Source of the DNA: Hyphomicrobiaceae bacterium
GTDB lineage: Bacteria; Pseudomonadota; Alphaproteobacteria; Rhizobiales; Hyphomicrobiaceae
DNA: 64,000 bases
Assembly (NCBI GenBank): GCA_035573335.1
Contig: DATMZT010000058.1
Span: 6,299 to 70,298 of the forward strand
Direction of reading: 5' to 3'
Part shown: positions 1-11,965 of the stretch, piece by piece
Position numbering within the stretch: the first letter of the stretch is position 1
Layout: each line of letters starts with the position of its first letter
Position numbers and translations under genes: made by a program
Notes under the pieces: generated by a model
What the model saw: the letters and a program-made list of their open reading frames with translations, nothing else
Told to the model about the DNA's origin: nothing
Databases searched by the model: none

Positions 1-8
1 TCACAGCC

Positions 9-2117
9 GTGACGAACGGCTTTGCCTTGGCGCTACTTGCGGGATCGTCCTCGTTGATCGAGCCCACCAGTTTTCTATTTCCGCTGTTGCTCTGGCTCGG
101 CGCCCGCTGCCGTCCCGTATTTGCTGCGGCGGCCGTATTCACGATTGCTGCCGGCATCGTCTGGACCACCATTCATGAGTTCGGCCGCTACGGCGACCCG
201 AGCCAGGCACTCACCGACCGCGTCTTCGCCGCCCAGGTTGCGATGCTCGGCACCGCCCTGGCGGCGCTCGCTCTCGCAGCGATCTTCGCCGAGCGGCGCC
301 GGCATCAAGCAGCGCTTGCGGAAAGCGACAGCAGGCTGCGATCGAGCTTGGATGCGGCCAACGTCGTCGCCTGGGATGTCGATCTCGCGCGCAGCACCGT
401 GCACTCGGCGGGTCCCGTCAGACGCCTTCTCGATCTGCCGGAGGGCTCGTTGCCTCAGGACTTTAGCGGCATGATCGACACCATTCATCCGCTGGACCGC
501 GACCGCGTGATGAACCAATTCTGGAAAGCCGTCGGCACGGCCGCCATCTACCGCTTGGAATTTCGCCTGAATGTAGCGCAGGACCTGCGCTGGGTTACGG
601 CCGAGGGGTCGATCGCGCGCGATCCGGACGGCCGACCCATGCGGGTACGCGGCATCACCCACGACATCACCGAGCGCAAGAAGGCGGAACTGGCGCTGGC
701 CGAACGCGACGCGCAGCTGCAGCTGGCCGAGCGGGCGGCGCGCGTCGGCAGCTTCGCGATCGATATTGCTACCGGCAGGGTGCAGATATCACCTGGTTAC
801 GCCACCATACACGGATTAGCCGAGGGTACTGTGGAGTTTGCGCGGGTGGACTGGCGCACTCGTGTGCAAGTGGATGATCTCGCCCGCCTCGATGCGCTTC
901 GCAGTCAGGCGTTCGCCGAGCGGCGCTGTGAGCATAACACGGAGTACCGCGTCGTTTTGCCGGATGGCAAGACGCGGTGGATCGAATCGCGCGGCCTGCT
1001 TTCCTATGATGACGAGGGACACCCGACCCGTATCGTCGGCGTCAACATCGATGTTACCGAGCGTAAGCGTGCGGCGGCTGCCCTGCAGGAGAGTGAGGCG
1101 CGCTACCGTGCACTCTACGATGACAATCCCTCCATGTACTTCACCGTGGACGCCGGCGGCATGGTGCTTTCGGTCAACGAATTCGGCGCCCAACAGCTTG
1201 GCTACGCGCCCGCGGAGCTGGTGGGACAGTCGGTGCTTCAGATAGTCCACCCAGAGGACCGGCAGGCCGCGCTGCGGCACCTTGCTCGGTGCGCGGAAAA
1301 TCCCGAAACGGTGGTCACGACCGAATTGCGCAAGGTTCATCGCGACGGCAGCATTATATGGGTCAGAGAGGTAGCACGCGCCGTGCGGGATTCGGGGCTC
1401 CTGCTGGTTTGCGAGGAGATCACCGAGCGCAAACGCGCGGAGGAGCAGCAGAGCCTGCTGATCGCCGAGCTCGACCATCGGGTCAAGAATGTCCTTGCCA
1501 GCGTCGCCGCGATCGCCAGGCGCACCGGTGAGCGCAAGGGCTCAATGGAAGACTTCATCGATACGCTGGACCGTCGCATCCAATCGATGGCGGACGCGCA
1601 CGACCTGCTCAGCCGCAACCGCTGGCAGGGCGTCAGCCTCGCCGAACTGGTCAACGGCGAGCTGGCGCCCTTCACCACGGAGGCAAATACTGTGGTGGAA
1701 GGTCCCGACATCGTGCTGGCGGCGGCGGCGACCCAAGCCACGGCGATGGTGCTGCATGAGCTTGCCACCAACGCCGCCAAATACGGGGCGCTCTCGACGC
1801 CGGGAGGCCGGGTGTGGGTGCGTTGGCAGCGGCTGTCGAACGAGGGTGGGCCGACGAAGCTTAGGCTTGAATGGCTTGAAGCTGGCGGGCCCATGGTGGT
1901 TGCCCCGGTGGAGGCGGGATACGGCACCAGTGTGATCCGCGATCTCATCCCCTACGAGCTGGGTGGCAGCGTCGAGCTCGCCTTCGACCCGAGTGGCGTC
2001 AACTGCATTATTGAGATGGCGGTCGCCAATGACGGTGTGCGGTTGGTCGATCCCAGCGCTGACTTGAAGCTCTTGCGCTCATTGGCGCCGGCCTTGCCCA
2101 CCGTTGCGACGGATTAG
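9..2117 (+). CDS. PAS-domain sensor histidine kinase, HWE/HisKA_2 family (frame open to the left window edge, probably 5'-partial)
   Basis: 702-aa ORF with no stop between the window edge and base 9. Hydrophobic N-terminal helices and three PAS/PAC-like segments. H-box ELDHRVKNVLASVAAI, N-box HELATNAAKYGALS and GYGTSVIRDLIPYELGG are typical of HWE kinases. Confidence 0.85.
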   Translation: MTNGFALALLAGSSSLIEPTSFLFPLLLWLGARCRPVFAAAAVFTIAAGIVWTTIHEFGRYGDPSQALTDRVFAAQVAMLGTALAALALAAIFAERRRHQAALAESDSRLRSSLDAANVVAWDVDLARSTVHSAGPVRRLLDLPEGSLPQDFSGMIDTIHPLDRDRVMNQFWKAVGTAAIYRLEFRLNVAQDLRWVTAEGSIARDPDGRPMRVRGITHDITERKKAELALAERDAQLQLAERAARVGSFAIDIATGRVQISPGYATIHGLAEGTVEFARVDWRTRVQVDDLARLDALRSQAFAERRCEHNTEYRVVLPDGKTRWIESRGLLSYDDEGHPTRIVGVNIDVTERKRAAAALQESEARYRALYDDNPSMYFTVDAGGMVLSVNEFGAQQLGYAPAELVGQSVLQIVHPEDRQAALRHLARCAENPETVVTTELRKVHRDGSIIWVREVARAVRDSGLLLVCEEITERKRAEEQQSLLIAELDHRVKNVLASVAAIARRTGERKGSMEDFIDTLDRRIQSMADAHDLLSRNRWQGVSLAELVNGELAPFTTEANTVVEGPDIVLAAAATQATAMVLHELATNAAKYGALSTPGGRVWVRWQRLSNEGGPTKLRLEWLEAGGPMVVAPVEAGYGTSVIRDLIPYELGGSVELAFDPSGVNCIIEMAVANDGVRLVDPSADLKLLRSLAPALPTVATD

Positions 2118-2183
2118 CGGCAAGCCGTCTTAACGCCACGGCAGCCCGCGGCGGAGGCTGCGGGGCATCGGCGGCGCCAGACG

Positions 2184-2669
2184 TCAAGGGTTGCCGGCTA
2201 GCGGGCGGGGAATGTGGCCCAAGGGAAGGCTCGAGGTCTGTTTCAGGCGATCGAGAACGATTGATGAGTGTACGTGTTGGATGCTGGCGTGCGGCAAGAA
2301 CACATCGTTGAGAATATTGGACAGCGCCTTGAGGTCCGGCACCACCAGTTTGACGAGATAGTCTGCCGTCCCCGTCAGAGCATAGGCCTCCTGCACCTCT
2401 TCGAGGCCGTCGATCAAGCGCCGGAAAAGTTTTGAGGTATCGGGTGAATGCGTGGCGAGCGTGACCGCCACGAACACCACGACACCCAGCCCAAGTGCCG
2501 CGGCCGACAAGTGCGCATGGTAGCTCTCGATGATGCCGGCCGCCTCGAGCGCGCCACGCCGGCGCGAGCACTGCGAGGAGGAAAGCCCAACGCGGTCGGC
2601 GAGTTCTTGATTGGTCAGCCGGCCGTCGTCTTGCAGGGCGGCCAGCAACTTTCGGTCGAAGGCATCCAT
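2184..2669 (-). CDS. Lrp/AsnC family transcriptional regulator
   Basis: Inner ATG at 2669 gives 161 aa starting MDAFDRKLLAALQDDGRLTNQELADRVGLSSSQCSRR (Lrp-type HTH) plus a C-terminal AsnC-type ligand domain. It is divergent from hppD. The longer track start at 2744 would overlap the hppD leader. Confidence 0.85.
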   Translation of the reverse strand: MDAFDRKLLAALQDDGRLTNQELADRVGLSSSQCSRRRGALEAAGIIESYHAHLSAAALGLGVVVFVAVTLATHSPDTSKLFRRLIDGLEEVQEAYALTGTADYLVKLVVPDLKALSNILNDVFLPHASIQHVHSSIVLDRLKQTSSLPLGHIPRPLAGNP

Positions 2670-2803
2670 GCACAATCTCCGCATATTCTTCCAAAAAAGT
2701 GCATGATCTTTGCAATCATGGCCGGAAAGCGCGGGTTTACGCAAGCCCCATGCGCGGCTCTACCGGTAGCCTTGTGCATCTCGAATCAACCAGGGAGACC
2801 GCG

Positions 2804-3907
2804 ATGGGTCCCTACCCGCACGATGCGCCCCCGGCGCGCATCAGCCCGGACAACCCCGCGGGCACGGATGGCTTCGAATTCGTGGAGTTCGCCCATCCCC
2901 GTCCGCGCGAACTCGAGCGGCTCTTCCAGCAGATGGGCTATGTCGAGGTGGCCCGGCACAAGGCCAAGGACATTTCCCTCTACCGCCAGGGCAGCATCAA
3001 CTATCTCCTCAACCGCGAGCCCGAGGCGCACGCTGCCCGCTTTGTAGCCGAGCACGGACCCTCGGCGCCGGCGATGGCCTGGCGGGTGGTCAATGCCAGG
3101 CACGCGCTCGAGCGCGTCATCGCCTGCGGTGGGAGCCAATATCAGGGCTCCGATAAATCCCTCGAGGTGCCCGCGGTGATCGGCATCGGTGGCTCGCTCT
3201 TGTACCTGGTCGAGAGCCCCGGTGGGAAGGGTTCGCCCTATGATCGGGAGTTCCACTGGCTGGCTGCGCCGGATCCCAAGCCGCCGGGGGTCGGCTTTCA
3301 CTATATCGATCACCTGACGCACAATGTCCGGCGCGGCAACATGGACACCTGGTACCGCTTCTATGCGGAAACCTTCAAGTTCCGCGAGATCCGCTTTTTC
3401 AACATCGAGGGCAAGCTGACGGGGCTGACCAGCCGCGCGCTGACCTCGCCTTGCGGCAAGATCCGCATCCCAATCAACGAGAGCGCCGACGCTAACAGCC
3501 AGATCGAGGAGTACCTGCGGCAATACAAGGGCGAGGGCATCCAGCACATCGCGGTGGGCTGCAACGACATCTATGCCGCCACCGACGCGCTGGCCTCCCG
3601 CGGCCTCAAATTCATGCCGGGGCCGCCCGCGGTCTACTATGAGCGCTCGCGCACCCGCGTTAAGGGCCACACCGAGCCGATCGCGCGCCTTAGGGCGCAT
3701 GGCATTTTGATCGACGGCGAAGGTGTGGTCGACGGCGGACACACCCGGGTCCTGCTGCAGATCTTCTCCAAGACCGTGATCGGTCCGATCTTTTTCGAGT
3801 TCATCCAGCGCAAGGGCGATGAGGGCTTCGGCGAGGGCAACTTCAAGGCCCTGTTTGAGTCCATCGAGGAGGATCAGATCCGCCGCGGGGTGCTCAAGGC
3901 CTCCTGA
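2804..3907 (+). CDS. hppD: 4-hydroxyphenylpyruvate dioxygenase
   Basis: ATG at 2804 is preceded by GGGAGA. N-terminus has GTDGFEFVEFA. C-terminus FFEFIQRKGDEGFGEGNFKALFESIEEDQIRRGVL is the classic HPPD signature. 367 aa. Confidence 0.92.
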   Translation: MGPYPHDAPPARISPDNPAGTDGFEFVEFAHPRPRELERLFQQMGYVEVARHKAKDISLYRQGSINYLLNREPEAHAARFVAEHGPSAPAMAWRVVNARHALERVIACGGSQYQGSDKSLEVPAVIGIGGSLLYLVESPGGKGSPYDREFHWLAAPDPKPPGVGFHYIDHLTHNVRRGNMDTWYRFYAETFKFREIRFFNIEGKLTGLTSRALTSPCGKIRIPINESADANSQIEEYLRQYKGEGIQHIAVGCNDIYAATDALASRGLKFMPGPPAVYYERSRTRVKGHTEPIARLRAHGILIDGEGVVDGGHTRVLLQIFSKTVIGPIFFEFIQRKGDEGFGEGNFKALFESIEEDQIRRGVLKAS

Positions 3908-4006
3908 CGGGCGCGAGCTTGCGGGCACGCCGGCGCCAAGACCGCGCGCAACCCCAGGCCTTGGGCGCGGTAGGGCGTCCGCTCTTGGCGGCTTCGACCC
4001 TTGGCG

Positions 4007-4981
4007 TCAGTCGCCGCGCACGACGCCGGTTGAGGCCTTGCGGTGGTACCACTCGGCGGCGCCGGCGTGGAAGGGCAAAAAGGTGTTGCGCGTGAAGTTG
4101 GCGGGCACCGTTTCCGCGGCGGCGCCATGCACAGCCAGCATTTCCTCGTGATTGCTAAAGACGGCGTCGACGATGGCATAGACGAGATCATTGGGCAGCG
4201 TCCAATGGGCGACGGCAAAGTTGAAAAAACCAACCGTCGGGTAGTGACGCAAGAGGGAGGGGTAGGTTCCCGCCGCGACCAGGGATGGGGAAAGCTCGGG
4301 CATGGCCAAACGCAGCGCCACGATTTGGGGGGGCGTCAAAGGCAGGTAGCGAACCTTGAGTTTCCTCTCGAGTTCGGCAAAGGAGGGAAAGGGCACTCCC
4401 GCGGCGACGGCGAGAGCATCCAGCGAGCCGTCCGTGACCTTCGCGGCAAGCTCGGCCCAGCTGCCCGTTTCCAAGGCGGCCTCGATCTGCAAGGCCTTGA
4501 AGAACGCCGGCAGGTAGATGCCGGTCGTGCCGCCGGCCGGTCCGATGCCGACGCGCTTTCCCGCCAGGTCTAAGGCCGAGACCAGCCCGGAGGCGCGCGG
4601 GGCCAGGAACTGGAACGGGGTGTCGTACATGGGAAAGATGGCGCGCATTTGCCTCAAATGCTTGCCGTCGGTCCAATCACCGGTGCCGTTCCAGGCCTGT
4701 TGCGCGACGCCCAGCGTCACCAAGGCGAGATCGATCTCGCCCCGCTCGAGCAGTTTGATGTTTTCGCTGGGCCCCTCGGTCGGCCTGGCCCAAACCGTGG
4801 TTTTGAGCTCGCGCGTGAGAATGCGGGCAAGCCCTTCGCCGTAGACAAAGTAGGTGCCCCCCACCGAGGCGGTGCCGATGCTCAGCGTCGGGGGCCAGTG
4901 GGGCTCCCGGGCTATCGCGCCGGTCGCGGCGATCAGCCAGGCGCCGAGCAGGGCGGTCAAACGCAGCCTGAGTGCATGCAT
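4007..4981 (-). CDS. TAXI-family TRAP transporter solute-binding protein (orphan)
   Basis: Inner ATG at 4981 (MHALRLRLTALLGAWLIAATGAIA signal peptide) avoids overlap with phbB. TLSIGTASVGGTYFVYGEGLARIL and DLAGKRVGIGPAGGTTG match the TAXI/COG2358 pattern. No TRAP membrane subunit is adjacent. Confidence 0.8.
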   Translation of the reverse strand: MHALRLRLTALLGAWLIAATGAIAREPHWPPTLSIGTASVGGTYFVYGEGLARILTRELKTTVWARPTEGPSENIKLLERGEIDLALVTLGVAQQAWNGTGDWTDGKHLRQMRAIFPMYDTPFQFLAPRASGLVSALDLAGKRVGIGPAGGTTGIYLPAFFKALQIEAALETGSWAELAAKVTDGSLDALAVAAGVPFPSFAELERKLKVRYLPLTPPQIVALRLAMPELSPSLVAAGTYPSLLRHYPTVGFFNFAVAHWTLPNDLVYAIVDAVFSNHEEMLAVHGAAAETVPANFTRNTFLPFHAGAAEWYHRKASTGVVRGD

Positions 4982-5015
4982 GGCTTTGTCCACTGGCGAA
5001 CGCTCCTCGGGGCCC

Positions 5016-5759
5016 CTATTGCATGTGTTGGCCACCGTTGATGGCGATGTTGGCGCCGGTGACGAAGGCTGCCTCTTGCGAGCACAAATAGATGATCAAG
5101 CCGGCGACCTCTTCGGGTTTGCCGAGCCGCGAGATCGGGATCTGCGGCAGGATCTTGCTGTCGAGCACGTCCTTGGGGATGGCCATCACCATTTTGGTGC
5201 CAATGTAACCCGGCGAAATGGTGTTGACGGTCACGCCCTTGCGCGCCGACTCCAAGGCCAGCGACTTGGTAAAGCCGTGCATGCCGGCTTTCGCGGCGGC
5301 ATAGTTGGTCTGCCCGAACGCGCCCTTGGAGCCGTTGACCGAGGAGACGTTGATGATGCGGCCCCAGCCGCGGTCCATCATGCCGTCGTAGACCTGTTTG
5401 GTCATGTTGAACACCGAATCGAGATTGGTCTTGATGACCGCGTCCCAATCGGCCTTGCCCATTTTGCGGAAGGTCATGTCTTTGGTGATGCCGGCGTTGT
5501 TCACCAGGATATCGACCGGGCCGACCTCGGCGACCACCCGCTCGACGCAGGCTTGGCTCGAGGGAAAGTCGGTGACGTCGCAGGCGAAAGCATTGAAGTG
5601 GTAGCCCTTCTGCTGCATGGCCGCCAGCCAGTTGTCGGAGGTTTTGTTCGACGGCGAATAGGTGACGACCACCCGATAGCCCGCATCCGCCATCTTGGTG
5701 CTGATGGTCTCGCCCAGACCTCCCATGCCACCGGTTACCACGGCAACGCGCTTGGACAT
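5016..5759 (-). CDS. phbB: acetoacetyl-CoA reductase (PHB synthesis, SDR family)
   Basis: 247 aa. VAVVTGGMGGLG cofactor motif, LVNNAGIT, YAAAKAG catalytic YxxxK, and C-terminal ANIAINGGQHMQ typical of PhaB/PhbB. Confidence 0.9.
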   Translation of the reverse strand: MSKRVAVVTGGMGGLGETISTKMADAGYRVVVTYSPSNKTSDNWLAAMQQKGYHFNAFACDVTDFPSSQACVERVVAEVGPVDILVNNAGITKDMTFRKMGKADWDAVIKTNLDSVFNMTKQVYDGMMDRGWGRIINVSSVNGSKGAFGQTNYAAAKAGMHGFTKSLALESARKGVTVNTISPGYIGTKMVMAIPKDVLDSKILPQIPISRLGKPEEVAGLIIYLCSQEAAFVTGANIAINGGQHMQ

Positions 5760-5785
5760 TTGCTGCCCTCCTCTTGGCTCAAACC

Positions 5786-7135
5786 CTAACGTACCGCGGC
5801 CGGCGGGCTCAGCACGTCGAGCACGCGCTCCGGCTCCTCGGCGTCGGCATCCGTCTCGCTGTCGAGCAGGCGGCGCATGCGGTCATTGTCGAGCGCGCCT
5901 TCCCAGCGCGAAACAACGAGCGTGGCAACGCCGTTGCCGATCAGGTTGGTCAGGGCACGTGCTTCCGACATGAAACGATCGACGCCTAAGATCAGGGCGA
6001 TGCCGGCCACGGGGATCGTGCCCACCGATGACAGGGTGGCGGCCAGCACGATGAAGCCCGAACCGGTCACGCCCGCTGCACCCTTGGACGTCAAGAGCAG
6101 GATGCCGATGATGCCCAGCTGCTGGGCGAGGCTGAGGTCGGTGTTGGTCGCCTGGGCCAGAAACAGCGCCGCCATGGTCAGGTAGATGCAGGTGCCGTCG
6201 AGATTGAAGGAGTAGCCCGTCGGAATGACGAGGCCGACCACGGATTTCTCGCAGCCGAGGTTCTCCAGCTTGGCGATCATGCGCGGCAACACCGATTCGG
6301 AGGACGAGGTGCCGAGCACGATCAGCAGCTCCTCTTTGATGTAGCGAATGAACTTGAAGATGTTGGCCCCCGCCAACATGGCGAAGAAGCCAAGCACGCC
6401 AACGATGAAAATCACGCAGGTGATATAGAAGGCGAGCATGAGATGCGCGAGCGAGACCAAGGTCGCCAACCCGTACTTGCCGATGGTGAACGCCATGGCG
6501 CCGAACGCCCCGAGGGGTGCAACCTTCATGATGATGGCGACCACGCCGAACAGCGCGTGCGAAGCCTGATCGATGACGCCAAGCAGTGCCTGGCCACGCG
6601 CTCCGAGCGCCTGCAGGCCGAAGGCGAACAGGATGGCGAAAAACAACACTTGCAGGATCTCGCCCTGGGCGAAGGCGCCGACCACGGTGTTGGGAATGAT
6701 GTCCATCAGGAACTGCAGCGTGCTCTGCTCCTTGGATTTGGCGACATAGCCCTGGATCGATTTGGTATCGATCGTGGTCGGATCGACGTTCATGCCGGCG
6801 CCGGGCTGCAGGGTATTGGCCACGATCAGGCCGATGATCAGCGCCAGCGTCGTCACCATTTCGAAATAGACGAGCGCCTTGAGGCCGACGCGGCCGACCT
6901 TGCGCATGTCCTGCATGCTGGCGATGCCGTGCACGACCGTGCAGAAGATGATCGGCGCGATGATCATTTTGATCATCTTGATGAACGCATCGCCCAGCGG
7001 TTTCATTTGCTCGGCCAGCTGTGGCTGCAGGTGGCCGAGCAGCACGCCGGCGCAGATGGCGAGCAGGACCTGGAAGTAGAGGCTTTTGAAGAACGGCTTG
7101 TGCCTGGGCGGGGCGGATCCGGCGTGGGCCTGCAT
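5786..7135 (-). CDS. dctA: C4-dicarboxylate transport protein (dicarboxylate/amino acid:cation symporter)
   Basis: 449 aa. [22 protein letters not shown] start, multiple TM helices and a conserved SSSESVLP-type region, as in DctA. Confidence 0.9.
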   Translation of the reverse strand: MQAHAGSAPPRHKPFFKSLYFQVLLAICAGVLLGHLQPQLAEQMKPLGDAFIKMIKMIIAPIIFCTVVHGIASMQDMRKVGRVGLKALVYFEMVTTLALIIGLIVANTLQPGAGMNVDPTTIDTKSIQGYVAKSKEQSTLQFLMDIIPNTVVGAFAQGEILQVLFFAILFAFGLQALGARGQALLGVIDQASHALFGVVAIIMKVAPLGAFGAMAFTIGKYGLATLVSLAHLMLAFYITCVIFIVGVLGFFAMLAGANIFKFIRYIKEELLIVLGTSSSESVLPRMIAKLENLGCEKSVVGLVIPTGYSFNLDGTCIYLTMAALFLAQATNTDLSLAQQLGIIGILLLTSKGAAGVTGSGFIVLAATLSSVGTIPVAGIALILGVDRFMSEARALTNLIGNGVATLVVSRWEGALDNDRMRRLLDSETDADAEEPERVLDVLSPPAAVR

Positions 7136-7159
7136 CGTGGCCTCTCCTGTTGGGCTCTG

Positions 7160-9436
<2,277 letters not shown>

Positions 9437-9688
9437 GGGCGTCCCCAGCGATCCCTCGTTCTCAACCCTTGCCAAACCGGAACACGATAGGCCCCGTGCG
9501 AGGGGCCCGCCAGATAGCGGCGGGCAAGAATTGAGGGGGTGCCGGCCCTGGCACGGGAGCACGGGCGGCACCGAGAAAACTTCGCCGAAAGCCAGGCGCG
9601 AGCTGGCGCGGACCCTTGGGGACCTTGGCTTCAGGCCGCGGGCTCAATGGCTTTGGGCCGGTGCTCCCTGTGAGGGTCGGCGGTCTAC

Positions 9689-10699
9689 TCAAGCGACCTT
9701 AACCATCCGCTTGCCGCGATTTTGTCCGGCCAGCAGACCGATCAAGGCGCCCGGTGTGTTTTCCAGCCCAGCGATGACGTCTTCGCGGACCTTGAGCTTG
9801 TTGGCCGCGACCCAGCTGCGCAAATCGGCAATCGCCTGGTCGCGTTCCGCGAAATAGTCCGTGACGATGAAGCCCTTGAGGGTCAGGCGTTTGACGACAA
9901 TCAGGCCCGGAACGCCGCGCGGGCCGGCCGCCGGCGCCGGCCCGTCATAGCCGGAAATGGCGCCACAGCAGGAAATCCGGGCGCCGATGTTCATCTGTGC
10001 CAGGCAGGCCTCGAGGATGTCGCCGCCGACATTGTCGAAGTAAACGTCGATGCCGCCGGGCGCCGCGGCTTTCAGCGCCTTGAAGGTCGCGCCGGCCTTG
10101 TAGTCGACGGCCGCATCGAAGCCCAGCTCCTGCACGAGCCACTGGCATTTGTCGGCACCGCCGGCGATGCCGACCACGCGGCAGCCTTTGATTTTGGCGA
10201 TCTGGCCGGCGAGGGATCCGACCGAGCCCGCCGCGGCCGAGACGACCACCGTCTCGCCTGGTTTCGGCATCGCCACTTTGAGGAGACCGAAGTAGGCCGT
10301 GAGCCCGGCAATGCCGTAGACGCTGAGCAGATGCGTCATGGGTTCGATTTTGGGCAACGAGACGAGGCGCTTGGCGGGCAGCACGGCATAGTCCTGCCAG
10401 CCCGTATCGGCAAAGACGAGGTCACCCGCAACGAAAGCAGGCGCTTTGCTCTCCACCACCTCGGCGACGGCGGCTCCCGACATGACCGACCCGGCCACGA
10501 CCGCATCGCGATAGGTGGCACCCTGCATCCAGGCGCGGTTGGCGGCATCAAGCGAGAGGTAGCGCACCTTGAGGACCACCTCGCCGGCATTGGCCGAGGG
10601 GATCGCGCCCGCGCGCAAGGCGAAATGCTCAAGCGCCAGTTTGCCCGCGGGGACTTGCACGAGCAGAATTTGTCGATTGGTCGCGGCCGTCACGGTCAT
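9689..10699 (-). CDS. NADP-dependent oxidoreductase, medium-chain dehydrogenase/reductase (alkenal/one reductase-like)
   Basis: 336 aa. Rossmann motif VVVSAAAGSVGSLAGQIAKIKGCRVVGIAGG. Overall pattern matches YncB/CurA/leukotriene-B4 12-hydroxydehydrogenase-like MDRs. Confidence 0.8.
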   Translation of the reverse strand: MTVTAATNRQILLVQVPAGKLALEHFALRAGAIPSANAGEVVLKVRYLSLDAANRAWMQGATYRDAVVAGSVMSGAAVAEVVESKAPAFVAGDLVFADTGWQDYAVLPAKRLVSLPKIEPMTHLLSVYGIAGLTAYFGLLKVAMPKPGETVVVSAAAGSVGSLAGQIAKIKGCRVVGIAGGADKCQWLVQELGFDAAVDYKAGATFKALKAAAPGGIDVYFDNVGGDILEACLAQMNIGARISCCGAISGYDGPAPAAGPRGVPGLIVVKRLTLKGFIVTDYFAERDQAIADLRSWVAANKLKVREDVIAGLENTPGALIGLLAGQNRGKRMVKVA

Positions 10700-10958
10700 C
10701 TCCGGCTTTTTGTTTCACCTCGGGCGGCCGCCATGATGGGCCACCCCCTCAAAGCTTTGCAACCTTTTGGCGCCCGGCAAGGACGGCGCCGGCAAAGGCG
10801 CTGGTCGCGCGGGTGCGCTTGGGGCCAATTTGCCGAGGAGGCCGAAGACGGCTTACAACGGGCCCCGGCTTGGGCTGGACCCACCCGTCTTGGGCCCCGC
10901 CGCGGCCTTGGCGTTGGCCCTGGCCGCGCCTGCCCTTGGCCATTTGGGGAAACTGCCC

Positions 10959-11912
10959 ATGGCAACGATCTCGCACCTGAGCCGCCGTGCCTTCCTGCGG
11001 GCCAGCGGGGCGCTCGTCGCCGGCGGGGTTGGCGGCAAGGCCGGTGCGCAGGAGGTGCAACCGTTTGCTCCCGCCCACCGTCGCCTGTCGTTGGGGGCAT
11101 ACGAGCTCATCGTCTTGAGCGACGGGCACCTCGTCGTCCCCTTGCAAATGCTGGCGACCAACGTTGGGGCGAGCGAGGTCAAAGGCTTCCTGGGGGGACG
11201 CGGCCTCGGTCCCGATCGCGTCAATTTCCACATCAATGTCGCCCTTTTGAAAACAGGCGATGAGCACATTTTGATCGATGCGGGTTCCGGCGGCACCTGG
11301 GAGCCCACCGCCGGCCGCCTCGCCGAAAGCCTGGAAGCCGCGGGGATCGCGCCCGAGACGATCGGCAAGGTCGTGCTGACCCACGCGCACCCCGATCACA
11401 TCTGGGGCCTGGTCGACGAATTGGACAACAGCCTGCGCTTTCCGCGGGCGCAGTATCTGGTGTCGGCCAGGGAGTTCGCGTTCTGGACCGGCGGCGAGGC
11501 AGGGCTGCTCAGGGGACCCATCGAAGGGATCGCGGCGGGCGCAAAACGCGTCTTCAAGGCCATCGAAGAACGCACGCAGCGCATCACACCGGGCGCCGAA
11601 ATTGCGCCGGGGATCATCGCCCTGGACACGGCGGGGCATACACCGGGCCACATCTCGGTGTTGCTGACGTCGGCGAGCAGCTCGCTTCTCATCACCGCCG
11701 ATGCCGTGCAAAACAATCACATTGCGTTCGCCCATCCCGACTGGCGGCCGGCCGCCGACATGGATGGGGCCAAGGCCGCTTCCAGCCGGCGCCAGCTGCT
11801 GGACATGGCCGTAACCGACAAGCTGCAGGTGCTTTGCTACCATATGCCGTTTCCGGGCTGCGGACGCGTCGAACGAAAGGATTTGGCCTTTGCTTGGGTC
11901 GCCGACCCCTAA
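10959..11912 (+). CDS. MBL-fold metallo-hydrolase, Tat-exported
   Basis: Inner ATG at 10959 gives MATISHLSRRAFLRASGALVAGG (twin-arginine signal). It carries the HAHPDHIWG (HxHxDH) metal motif. 317 aa. Confidence 0.8.
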   Translation: MATISHLSRRAFLRASGALVAGGVGGKAGAQEVQPFAPAHRRLSLGAYELIVLSDGHLVVPLQMLATNVGASEVKGFLGGRGLGPDRVNFHINVALLKTGDEHILIDAGSGGTWEPTAGRLAESLEAAGIAPETIGKVVLTHAHPDHIWGLVDELDNSLRFPRAQYLVSAREFAFWTGGEAGLLRGPIEGIAAGAKRVFKAIEERTQRITPGAEIAPGIIALDTAGHTPGHISVLLTSASSSLLITADAVQNNHIAFAHPDWRPAADMDGAKAASSRRQLLDMAVTDKLQVLCYHMPFPGCGRVERKDLAFAWVADP

Positions 11913-11965
11913 GGTCGAAACAAGCTGTGGCGAAGGCAAACAAAGAGGGGGAGGAAATCGTGCAG